This document shows positions 1 through 17,220 of a stretch of DNA of 64,000 nt, piece after piece. Made by a program: the position numbers and the translations under genes. Position 1 is the first letter of the stretch; every line of letters starts with the position of its first letter. This DNA comes from Zygnema circumcarinatum SAG 698-1b (Eukaryota > Plantae > Zygnematophyceae), in contig CM074806.1 in the NCBI GenBank assembly GCA_037447605.1, positions 1,116,001 through 1,180,000 of the forward strand, given 5' to 3'. Below the pieces are notes generated by a model. It worked only from the letters and a program-made list of their open reading frames with translations, made no database searches and was not told the origin of the DNA.

Positions 1-376
1 CGCGTCCTTAAAGCTCCATTCTGAATTAAACTATGCGGCAGATTATCCTTTCTAATAGAGCCCATTCAAAACTCCAATCAACTCTAACCTCATAAGAGTG
101 AATATCCCAATATCCTAATTTAGAGTGCCTCACCTTCCTCTCCTGCAATCCTTCCGCCTCCCAACCATTCACATTCACGCCAATGAGGCTGTAATCCCCA
201 CCATACCTCCAATTTCTCGCTATATCTCTCATCCTCTCCCCCTTCCAAACCCTAAAAATCCCTCTCAGCAAACCAATATTCCCATTCTTGCAGTCGCCAC
301 CATCCCAACCCGCTTTCCCCTCTACCCCACTTCCCTCTTACCCCCCCCAATTCTAAGAGATAAACATCAGATATAC

Positions 377-583
377 CTGCAACATGGCGATGAAGACGCT
401 CCCCCACGCTCCCGCCCCAATGCCCACAATCCTCAGCGGGTCTCCATCCACCTTCCCCAGCAGTGCCCGCAGCGTGTCAAGCCGCTCCTCCGCGCTCCGC
501 CCATGCACAGAATTCGTCGCCTTCTTCCCTCCCTCTGCAGGCGAGGGCCCGTTCCCTGTGGAGACGCCATTGGTAACAGCCAT
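377..583 (-). CDS. GPDHC1: NAD-dependent glycerol-3-phosphate dehydrogenase, cytosolic plant type; first coding exon only, gene runs off the window start
   Basis: ATG at 583 gives MAVTNG...[38 protein letters not shown], with the Rossmann GxGxxG motif and the N-terminus typical of plant cytosolic GPDH; GT donor (CAG|GTATAT) at 376. Confidence 0.85.
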
Positions 584-705
584 GGCGGCGGAGGAAGGGG
601 AGGAGGAGGAAGAGCCTCTCGGGTAACAAAAAAGAAAGTGTCGGCGTTCTCGCGATAGAGAGAGAGAGAGAGGGCCCTCCACTGGGGGCGGCAGGGAGCC
701 GCCTA

Positions 706-764
706 ACACGTGGCGGCCCGGCATTGGACGAGGACGCATGGTACACGTGGCGGTCCTTCATTGG
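706..764. promoter_or_regulatory. Paired ABRE/G-box elements with CCAAT boxes upstream of GPDH
   Basis: ACACGTGGC at 706-714 and 743-751, ATTGG at ~723 and ~760, 120-180 bp upstream of the ATG. Confidence 0.5.
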
Positions 765-1655
765 CCCACGGCCCGCCGTTTCCGGGCACGCGCTGCTTTT
801 GGAGGGACAGCGGGATGCGTGCGACCGTTGAACGGAGCGTAGAACAGGGCAAAGGGGCCACATAGAAAGGGGGAGCTTATCTACGTAACGAAGAACTGTG
901 GTACATGGAAAGGACGGTTACCGTTCAGTTACATTTCTTTTTAGAAAGGTCAACTTTCGCCCACAGCCTTTTTCTTTTGCGCTTAGGTCCTTTACGCCCA
1001 ATTCCTCGTGGTTCGCCATGCTGTTGAATTTGTCCATGTACATCTGAAGGCATCATCGCCATCGTCAGATCAATAGCAAATCTTTCTTCCTTTAATTAAA
1101 TTAAGATACGTAATTAAATCGAGATCAATGTCACATCATCTTCTCTTAAAGATTAGATATCGTAGTTAGTATTTATATATACTGTATATAAAAGCCACCA
1201 GAAATATCATCGGGTCAATGAAAAAAAGTCGTTCAAGCATACACTACTATAACAATAACGAGCACATTTTGAATTGGTTTGAAACAAACGAAAGTGAGAC
1301 GACAAGCATGGCAGTGATACAACAGCGGCGCATAGTGGGGATAGAGGGGGGCTCTGAAACGGCTGCTCTGAAACTATGAAGACTTCCTATACCGCCAAAA
1401 GCGTAGTAGTACTCTGTAGAATTACAACATCTACGAGTTCACCGGTTTGCTGAATACGAGCTAAGTAAATTAAAATTTAGAGACAGAAGCTTTTATGTAC
1501 TTCTCCCTTATGTAGGTACCACTGCAGAGGGTCGTACAACCTGCTCCGATCTACATCTTTACACAAGTTACCACAGTCGTTTCCACAGTCGGAAACAGTC
1601 AAACTCAATCAAAACCAGGTTAGGTACAAGGTGTTGTCAGCAGAAGAGTTCTCAG

Positions 1656-2840
1656 TTAGTTGCCGGTCTTCGCTTTCTTCGCTGCGGGCTGCTTCGCAGG
1701 AGACTTCCTCACTGCGGACTTGCCGGTCTTTGTGGCCGCCTTTGGTACAGTGGTCTTGGAGCTGGTGCTCTTCTTCGCCAAAGCCGCTGGCTTTGCTGTC
1801 CGCGTGCTCATCCTCCTTGGTTTGGAGGCAGCGGCAGGCTCTGCAGCAGCAGCAGCAGCCTTCTTAGACAAAGCTGGCTTCTTCTCTACAGGCGCTGGCT
1901 TCTTCTCTACAGACGCTACCTTCTTCGCAACCTTCTTTGCAGGAGCTGGCTTCACAGTCTTCGGTCTACCAGCCTTGATAGCCTTCGGAGCAGCCTCCAA
2001 CTTCTCTTTCTTTGCAGGCTTTGTGATGTCGGCTGAAAGCTTGTAGCTCGCCTTCACCTTTACCAACTTTCCTTCCTTGACAAGCCTCTTCAGTTGAGTT
2101 GCGAGAAGCTTCTTCCAGTTTAGTGGTAGGCCCTTTTGCTTCTCTTCAATAAACTTAGAAATGGCATGCGGGCTTGACCCGGTCCTTTCTTTGAGGGTGA
2201 GAAGTGCCTCCTTAATCATCTGCAAGCCAGAACTAGACGCTTGACTAAGTGTAAGACAGACCAGGACAGTACATCGCTTGAAAGGTCAGGCGAGTCAGGA
2301 CATGATTCAGGGCGCTACAGAAAAACGGTATCCTAATAGATAACTCATACAATGACTAGGAATAAAAAGTGCTGGATCGTAGGACTCCTGTAAGCACCTT
2401 TGACTAAAACCGTCTGGCAAACACCACCAAGACCCGTTTGAATCAACATATCAAGTAAGGACAATAACTTAATACATTTCAGCTCTCTTCAAAATAAAAC
2501 GTAAAAGTAGGCGGCAAAGCCAACAATTACACAAAGTTCAGACAAGTACACACAGTCCACAACATGTACGTCGAACATATGATAACTGCGAGCATGTTCC
2601 AAAGGAAAATAAGGCCCAAACTGAGAGGTTTGAATGAGCTACCTCTAGATATGGAGGATGCGAAGGTGGTGCTTTCGGGGCTTTCGGCTTCTTCTCTTTC
2701 GGTTCCTTCACCGGCTTCGGCTTCTTCTCTGCCTTCGGAGGCTTCTCAGCCGTGACAGGCTTTTCCGCCTTAGCCGCCTTCGGCAAGTTCGCTGGCTTTT
2801 CAGGTGCCGCTGGTTTCTCTGCAGGAACAGGCTCAGCCAT
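1656..2840 (-). CDS. H1: Linker histone H1, two exons (2840-2643, 2219-1656), ~253 aa
   Basis: PEK/PKA-rich N-tail, SHPPYLE|MIKEALLTLKERTGSSPHAISKFIEEK...KVKASYKL winged-helix domain, K/A/P-rich C-tail; GT-AG intron 2642-2220 keeps frame. Confidence 0.95.
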
Positions 2841-2989
2841 GGCTTCTTCCGAAGCACGAAACTACTCTAAACTGTCAAGCACAGCCTTCCTGTAAGAGCC
2901 TAATTGCAGACTCAAAAAAAAAAAGCCAAGAGCCCTAAAGGATTTGAAAGAGTATATTACTGGAAGCTTAAGCAATGCAAGACGGTATC

Positions 2990-3066
2990 CTCCCTCCTGC
3001 CTCTCTCCCTCCTCCCTCCCTCCCTCCTCCCTCCCTCCCTCCCTCCCTCCCTCCCTCCCTCTCTCT
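2990..3066. repeat. (CCCT)n tract, (GGGA)n on the H1 sense strand
   Basis: About a dozen CCCT units read directly, 150-230 bp upstream of the H1 ATG. Confidence 0.9.
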
Positions 3067-4765
3067 GCCACCCTAAACCTAATTCTCAAATTATGATGCT
3101 CAAAATTCATCTCCCCGAGGAGTTCCTCCGCAAATTAAAAAGTGAAATTCAACAATCAAAACATTCGAAGCCAGCTTTTCAATTGGTGGATTCGAGTGTC
3201 ACCAGATCGAACAGGATGCATATCTACCGTGCGATTGATCGCATCGCTGCCGTCCGTCATCCCAAGGGGTACCACCTGCATGTGTTTCCTTTTTTTCGGC
3301 TCGTCGGCCTACCTTTGGATGTGGCTATCGGACGGTTTAGAAGACGAGACAGATCTAGATCGACGGCTGGCATCGCACCGCGTGACCTGAAGCCGTTTGC
3401 TGGGGATGTAAGGACCGGCGGCTTTTGTGCTTCGGTCGTCCCTAGGGCAAATGCTGGCCGCTTACGATGCATGCACTCATCGGTTGGATGAGTTCCCATT
3501 CCCATGAGTGGTACAATGGAACATGGGTGCAACATTCACAAGAAGGTGACCATGGTAGTCATGGTACCACAAGTACACCTTGACCTTGACATAAAGTGCT
3601 ACAAACCTAATTTGCACCAAAAATTCCAAATGAAACGATTTAGATGCAAAATGTCGATGCCGAATGTCACTGCAACCATTACATTACCATGCAGTCATTG
3701 GACTATCAAACTCTAGATAGGTTCTAGCGTGGTTCGAAAATGGGCTATGCGAATTCTGGAGAGTCTGAATAACTGATGTCTTCAAGATCGTATTCACGAC
3801 CCTTGGTGTTTACTGTGTGACCGGCAGCAGACGACGGATATGGCAGAACAGTGTACATGCTTTTTCACCCTTCCTATCTGCACGTTGAGTCAGACAGTGT
3901 CATTATCTGGAGCCAGGAGAAGGCTGTTAAATCGGCGCACCAATGAAGTGTGAGAAACGGCACTGTACATAGTATGCATAGATCATTTCTCAGGTGTTCC
4001 ATATGGCGCATTCAGCATGGAACCGGATGAGAGGAAGGAGGTGGAGGCAGTTGGACTGCCATTCGATAAAAAAACAACCGCGGCTTATAGCCTTCTACAA
4101 TTCAAACAGACCTAAAGCCTCCGCACCTACAACCTGCATATTCAATGCTAGCTAATATGGGCCTAGAGATCCTTTCCGGCCCTACCTCACTCCATTCCTT
4201 CGTCACAGAGCTGCACTATGTGATTAGTGCAACCCACATGCGCAGTTCTAAACACGGCTTGTTCCACTGTGCCCACAACCTGTGCTGTGTATCTAGCCCC
4301 CGCGGCTTATCTCTGTAACTCTACGGACGAGCTCAACCTGACAGCTTGATCACGATGAAGGTTCCTCAGTCTATCAGCAAGAACGCAGGAAACATGAAGC
4401 CAGCGAGCTAAGCAAAGGTACCGCAGACGAGAGCGGTGCAGGTTTACAGTTCATATACTGTGCCGATAAACATTACTTCCTCAAGAATGCCTTCCAGTGC
4501 TGTACCTCCACGAAAGGGCGAGGCGGCATCTTCACGCTGCAGTCACAATTCACATGATCAAAAATAATGTGACTCTGAAGGCTGTTTGGCTACTCTATAT
4601 AGACTCCATCTTGATTTTGATTTCTTTTGAAAAAAAAAAGGGTAAATGGCCCCACCCTGCAAGGACAGAAGTGTGCTGTAAGGAAGCTTCGAGCTAATAG
4701 GAGGGGCACCCAATCACCTTTATGGACAATGTCCTACGATCCCGATAAGGAAGAGCCTGGGCATG

Positions 4766-6711
4766 CTATATTGCAGGAACGACCTCTCGGACTCGATATA
4801 TCCGTCTATCTTGGGACTCGAAATATGTCCGCATGGAAATGTCAGCAACGAGGCCCATACAAAAAACCTGCTTCGGCGCCAACAAGAGACATAATCAAAG
4901 GTGGGTAATTGGAACATGAAAACCAGTTGATGCGAAACAATGCCTTGACATTATGGTGGTTTGTAGAAGAAGGGCACACTAACCTGAGCGCCAATTATAA
5001 GCAGGTGGAGTGCTGCAACCAGGTGGGAGAGGGAATACGACCAAGCGACATTTAAACAGCCATAAGTTTTCCAGGCTACGAAAAACGTGTGGCAAAACGC
5101 TGCCCCAAATCCTCCTGAGCACAACAAACAGAAGCCGCCTAGGGGCCCAATAAAGTGCAGCGGCCGATCACGGAACTTCGAGAGGAAAAAGACTGTGAGG
5201 AGGTCCAACAGGACGCGCGGTATCCTTGACAGGCCGTACTTGGAGCGTCCCGAAGTACGTGGGTTATGACGGACCTGCAGAACAAAAGAAACAGAATAGT
5301 GCAAAAGGCCCCTACGAAGTACGTCAAATACAAGCAAGGTGCTAAACCATATCGGGTGTGTCAAGAAGTCACACTAGAAGCCCTGCCAATTCTAGCCAGC
5401 AAGTCCGACTAGTTTGACAATTTCATTCTCAAAGAGAGAAAAATCTGCTGCTCACCACATGGCGCCCTTGGTGCCCACCTCAACTTCTGCAATAGATGCG
5501 CCTTCCATGGCTGCCAGAGCTGGCAAGAATCGATGCATTTCTCCATACAGCCGGAGAAGATTTACAAGAGGTGCTCGAAACGCCTTCAAGGAACAGCCAT
5601 AATCATGCAGCTTCACCTGCACGCCCGCTGGTAGATGGAACCATTATTTCATGTTCTAGTAAGCTCCGAAACTAAAACAAACTTAATTTGAAAAATGAAC
5701 GTAGTGATTATGAGGGCGGATCACTTCCCAAATGCTCTACGAGTAATGTCCTCCTTCAGAAAAGGTAAATCAATTTTACCCCTGTGACTTGTCCGATAAG
5801 CCAATTCGCCACTTGAGAAGGAAGGTTTCTGGTAACAGCATTGTCTTTGCGCGTTTTCCTCCACCCGCAAACCATATCAAATCCATTATCGTCTCTCTGA
5901 CCCCGAGCTCCCCAGGTATGTAAGACCTCCCCTGGCCTTGGCCCAGAGATGAGCACATCCAGCAAACGAGGGATGTCATCAGGATCATTCTGCAGGTCCC
6001 CGTCCAGGCTGACTACTATGTCTCCAGCTGCATAGTCAAACCCGGCGGCCATGGCAGCTGTTTGTCCAAAGTTCCGACGAAGCATGACTGCTCTCACATG
6101 CTCCAGCTCGCCTGCCAGGCCTTTCAAAACTCTTGCACTTCCTGCAGGCCAGAGGGACCCCAGAAAGCAAGGATAAGCTGATGTGCAGTTTATCTCTTAC
6201 CAAGCCTCTGTTGACAGTATGCATATGGAAACGTGACGATATAGCTTTTGCAGAAGACAGACCAAGCTCAACAGGGATAGGAAGCATTCTGCTTACCATC
6301 TGTGGAGCCGTCGTCGATACAAACGATCTCGAAAAGACCACCTCGTTTCTTCATAACAGCCGTAATCTTTTTCACGAGTATACTAATGCTTCCAACTTCA
6401 TTATACACAGGAATGATAATTGACACAGTTGGAGCAGTCGCAGAAGCTAAGTGTGAGGCATCAAGAAACGTGTATTGACGTTGAGGAGTCACGGGTACAG
6501 TCGAGGAGGCATAGCATTTCAAGTGTCTCCTTGCTCGACGACACTTTCCCTCATTCCATGATCCACTTGGAGCGTAGAAGCATGTAAACCTCGACGATTG
6601 TGAGATCGACCGGTTAAGCCATTGGCTGGACCTGTTGGACACAATGCTGCATCCATCAGGGACTACATGGTGAACTTGATTGAGCCTCTCTCGTGTTTCG
6701 CTTAGTCTCAA
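4766..6711 (-). CDS. Family 2 glycosyltransferase, bacterial ArnC/GtrB-like polyprenol-phosphate glycosyltransferase type; 5' end unresolved (may extend to ~7420)
   Basis: Exons ~6711-6297, 6141-5780, 5616-5479, 5274-4984, 4867-4766 splice (GT-AG) into VSIIIPVYNE...IDDGSTDG...RRNFGQTAAMAAGFD...SLDGDLQNDP...HDYGCSLKAFR...LYGEMHRFLPALA...SKYGLSR, hydrophobic segments, then MRTYFESQDRRIYRVRE; no in-frame ATG in the first visible exon. Confidence 0.85.
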
Positions 6712-7619
6712 AAAAATTATTCACAGTAAAGCTAACCGAAAGGCTTTTCCGAAGGGAGAGTAGGCTGCCCGCACAATCCTATAAGAAACATAAATGCCGA
6801 TCGCGATGCAAACTTATTAATCTGCTAGGCATAAATCGAGCGAACCAACACTTCCACACTCGTAGATTGGTCATCCAGTTAGCACAACATCACTGATTGC
6901 TGCTGATCAGCTTCAATGCGTCTGCAGGCAACTTGACAATGATAACTGCAGTGTCCGCAGCGCGTGTCTGTCGGCTTCCAGCGTCACCTTTAAGAAGCTT
7001 ACACGATATTCAATTTCAAGACTTTTCCATCAGAGAACCGCAATGCACAATGGTCTCGAAACTGTTGACTGGAGGATCAGATGTCATCACCTAAATCGCA
7101 GGCATTAGGCCGTCCCTTTCAAGAGAAGTCGGGGAGGCAGAGTCCAATGCTGCAGAGGACTTACAGTAGGCATTTTTCCTGTGTGAAAGCTCCATTGGAC
7201 CTACGAGCAGGTTTTGCACTGACGACGATTCCCTGGAACGAACAAGCCACCGGCGATAATGTACGATCTCTTGGGGGTAACGCAGCACAAGCACCGCGTG
7301 GTTCCAAAAAGCAATCCATGGACGCCGCTAAATCCAGTGGGCGAATGGCTGACTTCATTCCGCTGCTGCAGGCGTCGCGTCCCTCAGAGGAGGCGTAGAA
7401 GCCACCATGGCGGCCTTGCAACTGGGGGCTTCAAGGTCACCCTAACCCTAATCCCCGATCTATGGTCAGAGTTACAGTTACAGTTACAGTCTCAGCTACC
7501 GTGCCGTTCAACTACAAGTCGTGTTTTAGCTGCTTTTCGTCGTTTAATGTGAACGTAAAAACATCGATAAGAAAAAAAAGAGATATTTAATACGGATTCT
7601 TAAAATTTATGCTGACGTG

Positions 7620-7945
7620 ATGGTCTCTGATTGGCTTGACCGAGCGAATCCGGCCTCGAATCTCTCTCGGCCGGCTCGACCCCCTATTGCGCCGGAACGG
7701 GCAGAAAAAAAAATCCAAAAAGTCAAAAAGGGAGGCAGACCTGCCCTTCTAAAATTATTTTCTTCCTGCCCGGACTTCAGATGCCGCCACGTGTCACCCC
7801 GCCTTCAAAGTTTGGATCAAAAGCGCTAAACGACAAACGCTTTGTCTGGTAGCGCCGCCTTCGACGAAAATTGGACACGTACGCCAGCCAATGGGAGGCC
7901 TTTCTGACGAGCTTGGACCAATCAGAGCTCGCCACGTGTCGTCCT
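7620..7945. promoter_or_regulatory. Divergent promoter between GT2 and GFAT with G-box/ABRE and CCAAT motifs
   Basis: GCCACGTGTC at 7786-7795 and 7931-7940; CCAAT at ~7888 and ~7918; ATTGG at ~7630; genes are head-to-head. Confidence 0.5.
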
Positions 7946-8263
7946 GCTGCCACCCTCCCTGGGCTATGAGCTCCCCCTTCCCTGAAGAGAGGTTAAAGCT
8001 CTGAAGGTGTGGCAGTGTACAGGATTAGGGTTACAGTGGCGGCCATCTTAGGGTTGCAGGGGAGGTGGGAGGGGGTGGGAGGGTTAAGGCGAGGGGGAGG
8101 GAAGGCAGTGAGAGAGGGCATTGTCTCGGTGGGGGTGAGTCTAGGGAAGGGTTCAGAGCGTCTGAGAGGGGTTTCGGAGAGGCGGAGGGGGAGGAGGGAG
8201 GGGAAAGAGAGGGGGAGGAGGGGAAGGGGAGGGAGAGGAGGGAGCGCAGGCTCGGTTGTTGCC

Positions 8264-11722
<3,459 letters not shown>

Positions 11723-12636
11723 GGGCCTTTTCCACTCTCGAGCACATATATGTGAAATTGTAATACGGATAGTGAACTGAAATCACCTGTCTCAGTTTTG
11801 CGGCTAATACCGACGCCATGGAAGAGGACTGAGGCCCGCGCCACACGCGCCATATGGAGCCCTCAGCATTGAATGGCACAATTCGCCCCTCGTTGGAAAG
11901 ATGTGGAAAGGGCTCCCATGACTGTTTCAATTGTGGTTCTTTTGTCCACTTTTTTTGGACCCAACAAAACAAGTGGAAATGGTCGGTCTGAAGCTGTTCT
12001 GGCTCAGATTCTTCCTCCTACGTGTTAGAATGGAATGAGTCTCCCTTAATGTTGCCTTTATATAATGCGTATTAATTTCGTTTTGTAGTCTAGTTTCAAG
12101 TAGCAAAATTTGGCTCAGCGGGGAGCAGGCAAACTTTTCGAATTCAACCTTGATGTTCCTGATTGGCTGTCTATACGATAGGGACACTCGTTAAGCTGTG
12201 ACAGCCTTGTGTAATTGGAACTTTTCTACTTTGGACTCATCGCTTGCTCTTACCGCCCCTTCTGCCGATTGAAAAGTTTCCTTTTGAAATGTCCCTTTCG
12301 CCGATGTGACGGGTGCATGTTCACAGTTGTGCTAGAAGCAGATGACTGTTGTGAATTACGCGTTTACATAATTGAAGAGACACTAGTATAGGTCAGAGTC
12401 TTGGCAGGCTGTACATGTTGGATAGCTGCTCCCTTATGAAGCTATTTTTCCTTGGTTAAACGCGGGTTGTACACATGCTTTGAGTTTTACAGCCGCTCCA
12501 GTTCTGCTAGAAAAAAGTAAAGGCACCATTTAAGTAAAGAGTAGTAGCGGCCTGAAGAGGGTATCTGTGTCGCTCCATGTGACGAACTGAACTAGTTGAA
12601 CCCGGCTACAGATTGATCCGCGTCAATGAGAGTCTT

Positions 12637-15600
12637 TTACTGCGCCTCAATACTTTGCAGGAAGGGTGTGGTCAGGGAAGAATCGTCAATAGCTGCATCG
12701 TTTTGCATTGCTAGATCAGCTGCCTCTGGCTGCCCCAAAGCTTCATATACTGCCGGGGCGTGCATGCACTCGGGAGTGTATGCAAGTACCAGCTCCGCTG
12801 TACTGGGCCCCTCGTCAACCTGCACCGGAATCACTACACGTTAGCAACATACAGACGATATGAACCTGAGAAAACCAAAAGCAGGTAACAGAAGATGGTC
12901 ACTTCACCCCGAGCAATGCAAGCCCAATAGATTATCGGTATGAAAATCTGCTCACCGGCTCTCTCACCACCTCAAGGGGAGGATGGTTAAAGGACTTGTG
13001 AAAGCGATTGGTCGACACCCATGCATAGATAGTGGTAGCGAGCGGGAGCGGGACAAGGAAGAATGTGGTTAAAGACTCGTTGATCCCAAAGTACGCGATG
13101 AGGGTGATCTGGGCTGTCATCAACGCTGCCACTATGCGTGCATGGATTCTTGGCCACATTTTGCCGCCTCCATCCCACTCTGGTGCATACACGTTTAGCA
13201 CCTGACCACCACTCAAAATTTTCTTAGCAATCGTGCATACAGGCTAAGTCATCTGCTTTGAAGTACACGGTATCAAAACATTGCAAAAGAATGGCCATGA
13301 CAATCTAATTCCTTTCTCCGTGCTTCCATCCAGACCCTGCCACGAATTTCGTGCTCAAATTGCGCTTGAGGGACAAAGCATGCTACCTGATGCCGGTAGA
13401 TAAGGAGTGCGAAGAAAAAGTAGAGACTAGTGAATACAAGAATCATCGGGGCAATCACTGCATAGCAGAGGCCCAGCGTTATTATGAGAAGGTCCTGAAG
13501 CCACCCAGCAACCAGCATACGAACCCATGGCTCATTTCCAACGTCTCAAGTGCTTCTCGACGAGCTGGTCTTTGAATGAAAAGAGAGAAAGAGACCTACC
13601 GGTGGCACAATGAGATAGTACGGTATAGAAACTGGAGCAAAAGCCTCCTTTCTCTCCTCCTCTGTGACCAAGTACCGACTTCTGAACTTAAGGGTGAGTA
13701 AAGGCGTAAGTCGTGACAGTTCGAATCCATATCGAACATAAAATCTGTTCCCCAAGCAATTACCATATGCAAGAAAATCACTCGTAAAAGAGGAGGCAAC
13801 ACTCGGAGAAATATCACTCTTGCACTTCATGAATAGAGAAACGAAGAGAAGACAGGTTCTTACATGAGGGCGACATATGAAATAAAGAACGTGGCATTGT
13901 TTGGCACGGAACTGCCCAGTATATCCAGCACTTCTCGAGGCTTCTCAAGGATCTGCTGAAGAGAGCTGGCGAGCGTGCCAGTTATGGTCAGGCCTATGAA
14001 GACATTGAAGACTAGAAAGGAATACACTTTTTCTAACGTGCTATGCCATACGTCTCCTTCGCTGGGGAATGCCTCCAGCACTGATAACCATAAGAATCCA
14101 TAGGGCACAGCTGCAATGCTTCCATACAATACCAACTGCGGGAGATATGCTTCAATTGAGGATTTGATTAAGGGCCTGCAGAAAGAGAAATCCCCCACCC
14201 AAGCATTTGAGGAAGTATAGACGGGCATCCTCCTTTATCCAAAACTAAAGCATGTCTCAAGCATACTTATACGCAACCAGAGGTCTATTGTGGTCTGCGA
14301 TAATGCATTGTTGCAGGACCTTCCTGCCTGGTTTGCCAACATTACCATTCCAAAATGGGCACCAAGAACGTGAATGTCTTCTCAAGGCTGCTCAAGGTGG
14401 CCAGAGCTGAAACAAGTCCCACTGGAATCTGAAAGCACCCTCAGAGAAACATTAATCCTCCAACCATGACCAGCAAAAGCAAACCACGTGCTAATCGGTT
14501 AACCATCGGTGGAACACATAAGTGTAACTTACCAAAAAGAAGATGACTGTGATCCCTACAGATGCCACCACGAAAGTCTTACGAACCGCTCGTTCATAAA
14601 GTGGAACTGCCACATCTCCCCAACGCACAGATTTGGGATCTGGTGCAGGAGATGTCACCCACGTATCTGCAAGCCGGGCATGCACAACTTGTGCTGCCTT
14701 CGTTGCAGCTTCACGCCTGCAACGATTGACATTATAAATCAATGTGCTGCAATATGGACGAAACTCATCGCTCATCTGACACCGTCAGATGTAGAACAAG
14801 CAGAGTTTCCCCGCAACATTGAAGGACGAAACTAATGAGAGTAAGCTCACGTCTTAAAGAAGACAAAAGCAGCTGTAGTAGCGCTGCTTCCAACTGCCAT
14901 CATTTGCTCCTTCTGTAGCACCGGTTGAAGCTCGAGAATTTTGCGCTCATAGTATTCTAAACAATCAACTTTGCTGCCTCGAATATTGAAAGTCCCTGGC
15001 CTGCACGCCATCCTTTTTCCACTGCTTTCTGCCACTGCCTCTGCATGCCGCTTCTGCCGCTCAAACTTCTTCAGCTCATTCCACGCCTTCACAACCTGCC
15101 ACGCATGGCCCGTTTTCCCACCTAACCCTGGTGATAGTTCAATGAGAAGGCGAATTATCTCCTATACAAAAATCCAGCCACCCACTGCAAGGAATGGAAT
15201 GGAATGGAATGCAGCAAACTCACTCGTGCAAGCGGGAGCACCACCACAGATTTGTCAAAGCTGAAAGGATAGAGCTGTCGAAAGAAGCCATCGACTTGCT
15301 CCTGACGTGTCTGACCAGCTGGCGGCCGAGGAATGTCGCGCACCAAAACAGTGTATTGTTCTGGACGAGCTTTAGCAGTACCGAAGTGGTCTGCAAGCAT
15401 CTTTGTCACAGTATCACTGGCCTTAAAGAGTATAAAGAAAGTCCAGGCCGACATCCACCAGGCTCCGGCAACAAAGGCCCACACACGGGAGCTCGTTTTC
15501 TGGACAACCAGGGCGATTAACAAGAGTGGAAACTCTTTCAGATGACTGACTGACTCTTTCAAGTGTCAAGACTAATACTCGATTCCTTGTGCAAGTAATC

Positions 15601-16717
15601 GAACGTAGGTCAATTCTTCAACTTCAAGGACGGAAAGTTACTCACTGACACATTTCCCATGCCGAGAGTGTCGAAAGTGTCATAAGCAATTCGCTTGTTA
15701 GGATCTCGCTGCTGTGCATTGTAGTCAGCGTAATGGTGGTCGGTGGCACATATAGGCACAAGTACTAGCAAGCCGTACACTGCAGCAGCAATGCTGATTC
15801 TCAGTGCTGCACAGCACAGAAAACAAAGGCATTGATGTTAGCGTTACTCATTATTAAGCTCGAAGATATGTTCAGAGTCACTATCGGCTTTCAGTGATGG
15901 ACACAAAAAAAAAATTCATCATCGTATGCATCCTTAATGATACACTGCTTCGTTTTCTTATGTTTCACCACTGAAACTGCAGCATCTGTAGAAAATCTCC
16001 TTTGGTCACTTCCCTATGGCAAAAATTGTATCCTTTCCTAACTTCAATTAACGTGCAGAAGGTAAAAAACTGTCTTTTCTTCAGAATTCGAATAAAAAAA
16101 TCGTCTCCAATGAAATACAAGATGGTGCGCTGCTGTGTTGCGGTTGAATTGTCACAAAGGAAACCAATGCCGTAAGCATTAGCAGCACCTATCACTAAAG
16201 TTTTCATTAAGGCTCAAAGGAAAATCTGCACAAATAGTGTTAAAATTGATTCTAGCATACTTACAATGACTTTTGCACCCTCAAAACCCACTCCAAGCAT
16301 CTAACAGAGGTCTACAGAAATCAAGAATGATCATGTACGTTATATGTGCTCATGAAGAAACTAAAAATGTTGCCATTTGAGCTAATTCATACGCATCCAT
16401 CACGCCACTGCTTCTTTCAGGTTCAAACAAAGTAAGGGACACAAACCTGTGCCGAGAAAGCGGATGTAAACTGCAGCATCTAGTCCTGCAAAGTCTGCAA
16501 CCTCCTCGTCGGAGCTGAAGAGCGCTTCCCACAGCCAGTGCGGAATTCCATGGTGAAGGCCCCTTGGAGACGGCCCGAGGCCTTTGGCCAGGCGGGCAGG
16601 GAAGTAGACAACGTCGTTCTCCTTCTGTCGCGAAAAGTAGAGGAAGACGAGCACGAGGACGAGGAAGAGGCTGAGAGATGTGCCCACTGACAGAAGGAGA
16701 CCTGTAAAGGACACCAT
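12637..16717 (-). CDS. OSCA/CSC1/ERD4-family (TMEM63) hyperosmolality-gated channel, ~11 exons
   Basis: MVSFTGLLLSVGTS...VYFPARLAKG...GLDAAVYIRF, RPEQYTVLVRDIP, APDPKSVRWGDV, LGSSVPNNATFFISYVAL, YAVIAPMILVF, YAPEWDGGGKMWP; stop at 12637-12639. Confidence 0.92.
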
Positions 16718-16950
16718 GGTGGATGCCTCCCTCTTCCTTGAGCCTTCCTGCTCACTCCCTCTCTGTGCCTCCCTGCTCTCTCCCTCTTCCTCTCCCTCTC
16801 CCACTCCCTCACTGTGCCTCCCTGCTCTCTCCCTCTCCCTCTCCCTCTCCCTCTCCCTCTCCCACTCCCACTCCCTCACTGTCTCCCTGCGCTCTTCCTC
16901 TCCCTCTCTCCCTCCCTTTCCCGCCCTCCCACCAAAGGCCAAAGCAGCAC

Positions 16951-17030
16951 TCCACGTAGCAAGTACGACACTTGCAGCATGCCACGTGGCGTCGTGCGAA
17001 GCACTTGACCGAAAAAGGCGATACGTGGCG
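16951..17030. promoter_or_regulatory. G-box/ABRE cluster upstream of OSCA
   Basis: CCACGTAGC (~16952), palindromic GCCACGTGGC (16981-16990), GATACGTGGC (~17019). Confidence 0.45.
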
Positions 17031-17220
17031 GCTGCGGAGCGCCGCTGCGCTCCGTTCTGTGCTCACAGTAACGTTGCAGCCGACGGTGAACGGCCGCTTG
17101 CGCAGCGAACTAGACAGGTGTCACTTTTGGGTCAAAGGTCAAAAACGGGCACAGGACGGCCGAAACCACGAGCAGGAAAGGACGGTGCCACAAACTAACA
17201 AACCACACGGGGCCTTTCCA

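Noticed and set aside
3100-3500. Canonical plant histone promoter elements (CGCGGATC octamer, CCACGTCA hexamer)
   Set aside because: Not found upstream of H1 by eye.
7161-7421. 86-aa ORF as first exon or transit peptide of the GT2
   Set aside because: Plausible, but I could not identify an unambiguous splice join to the 6711 exon; left unresolved.
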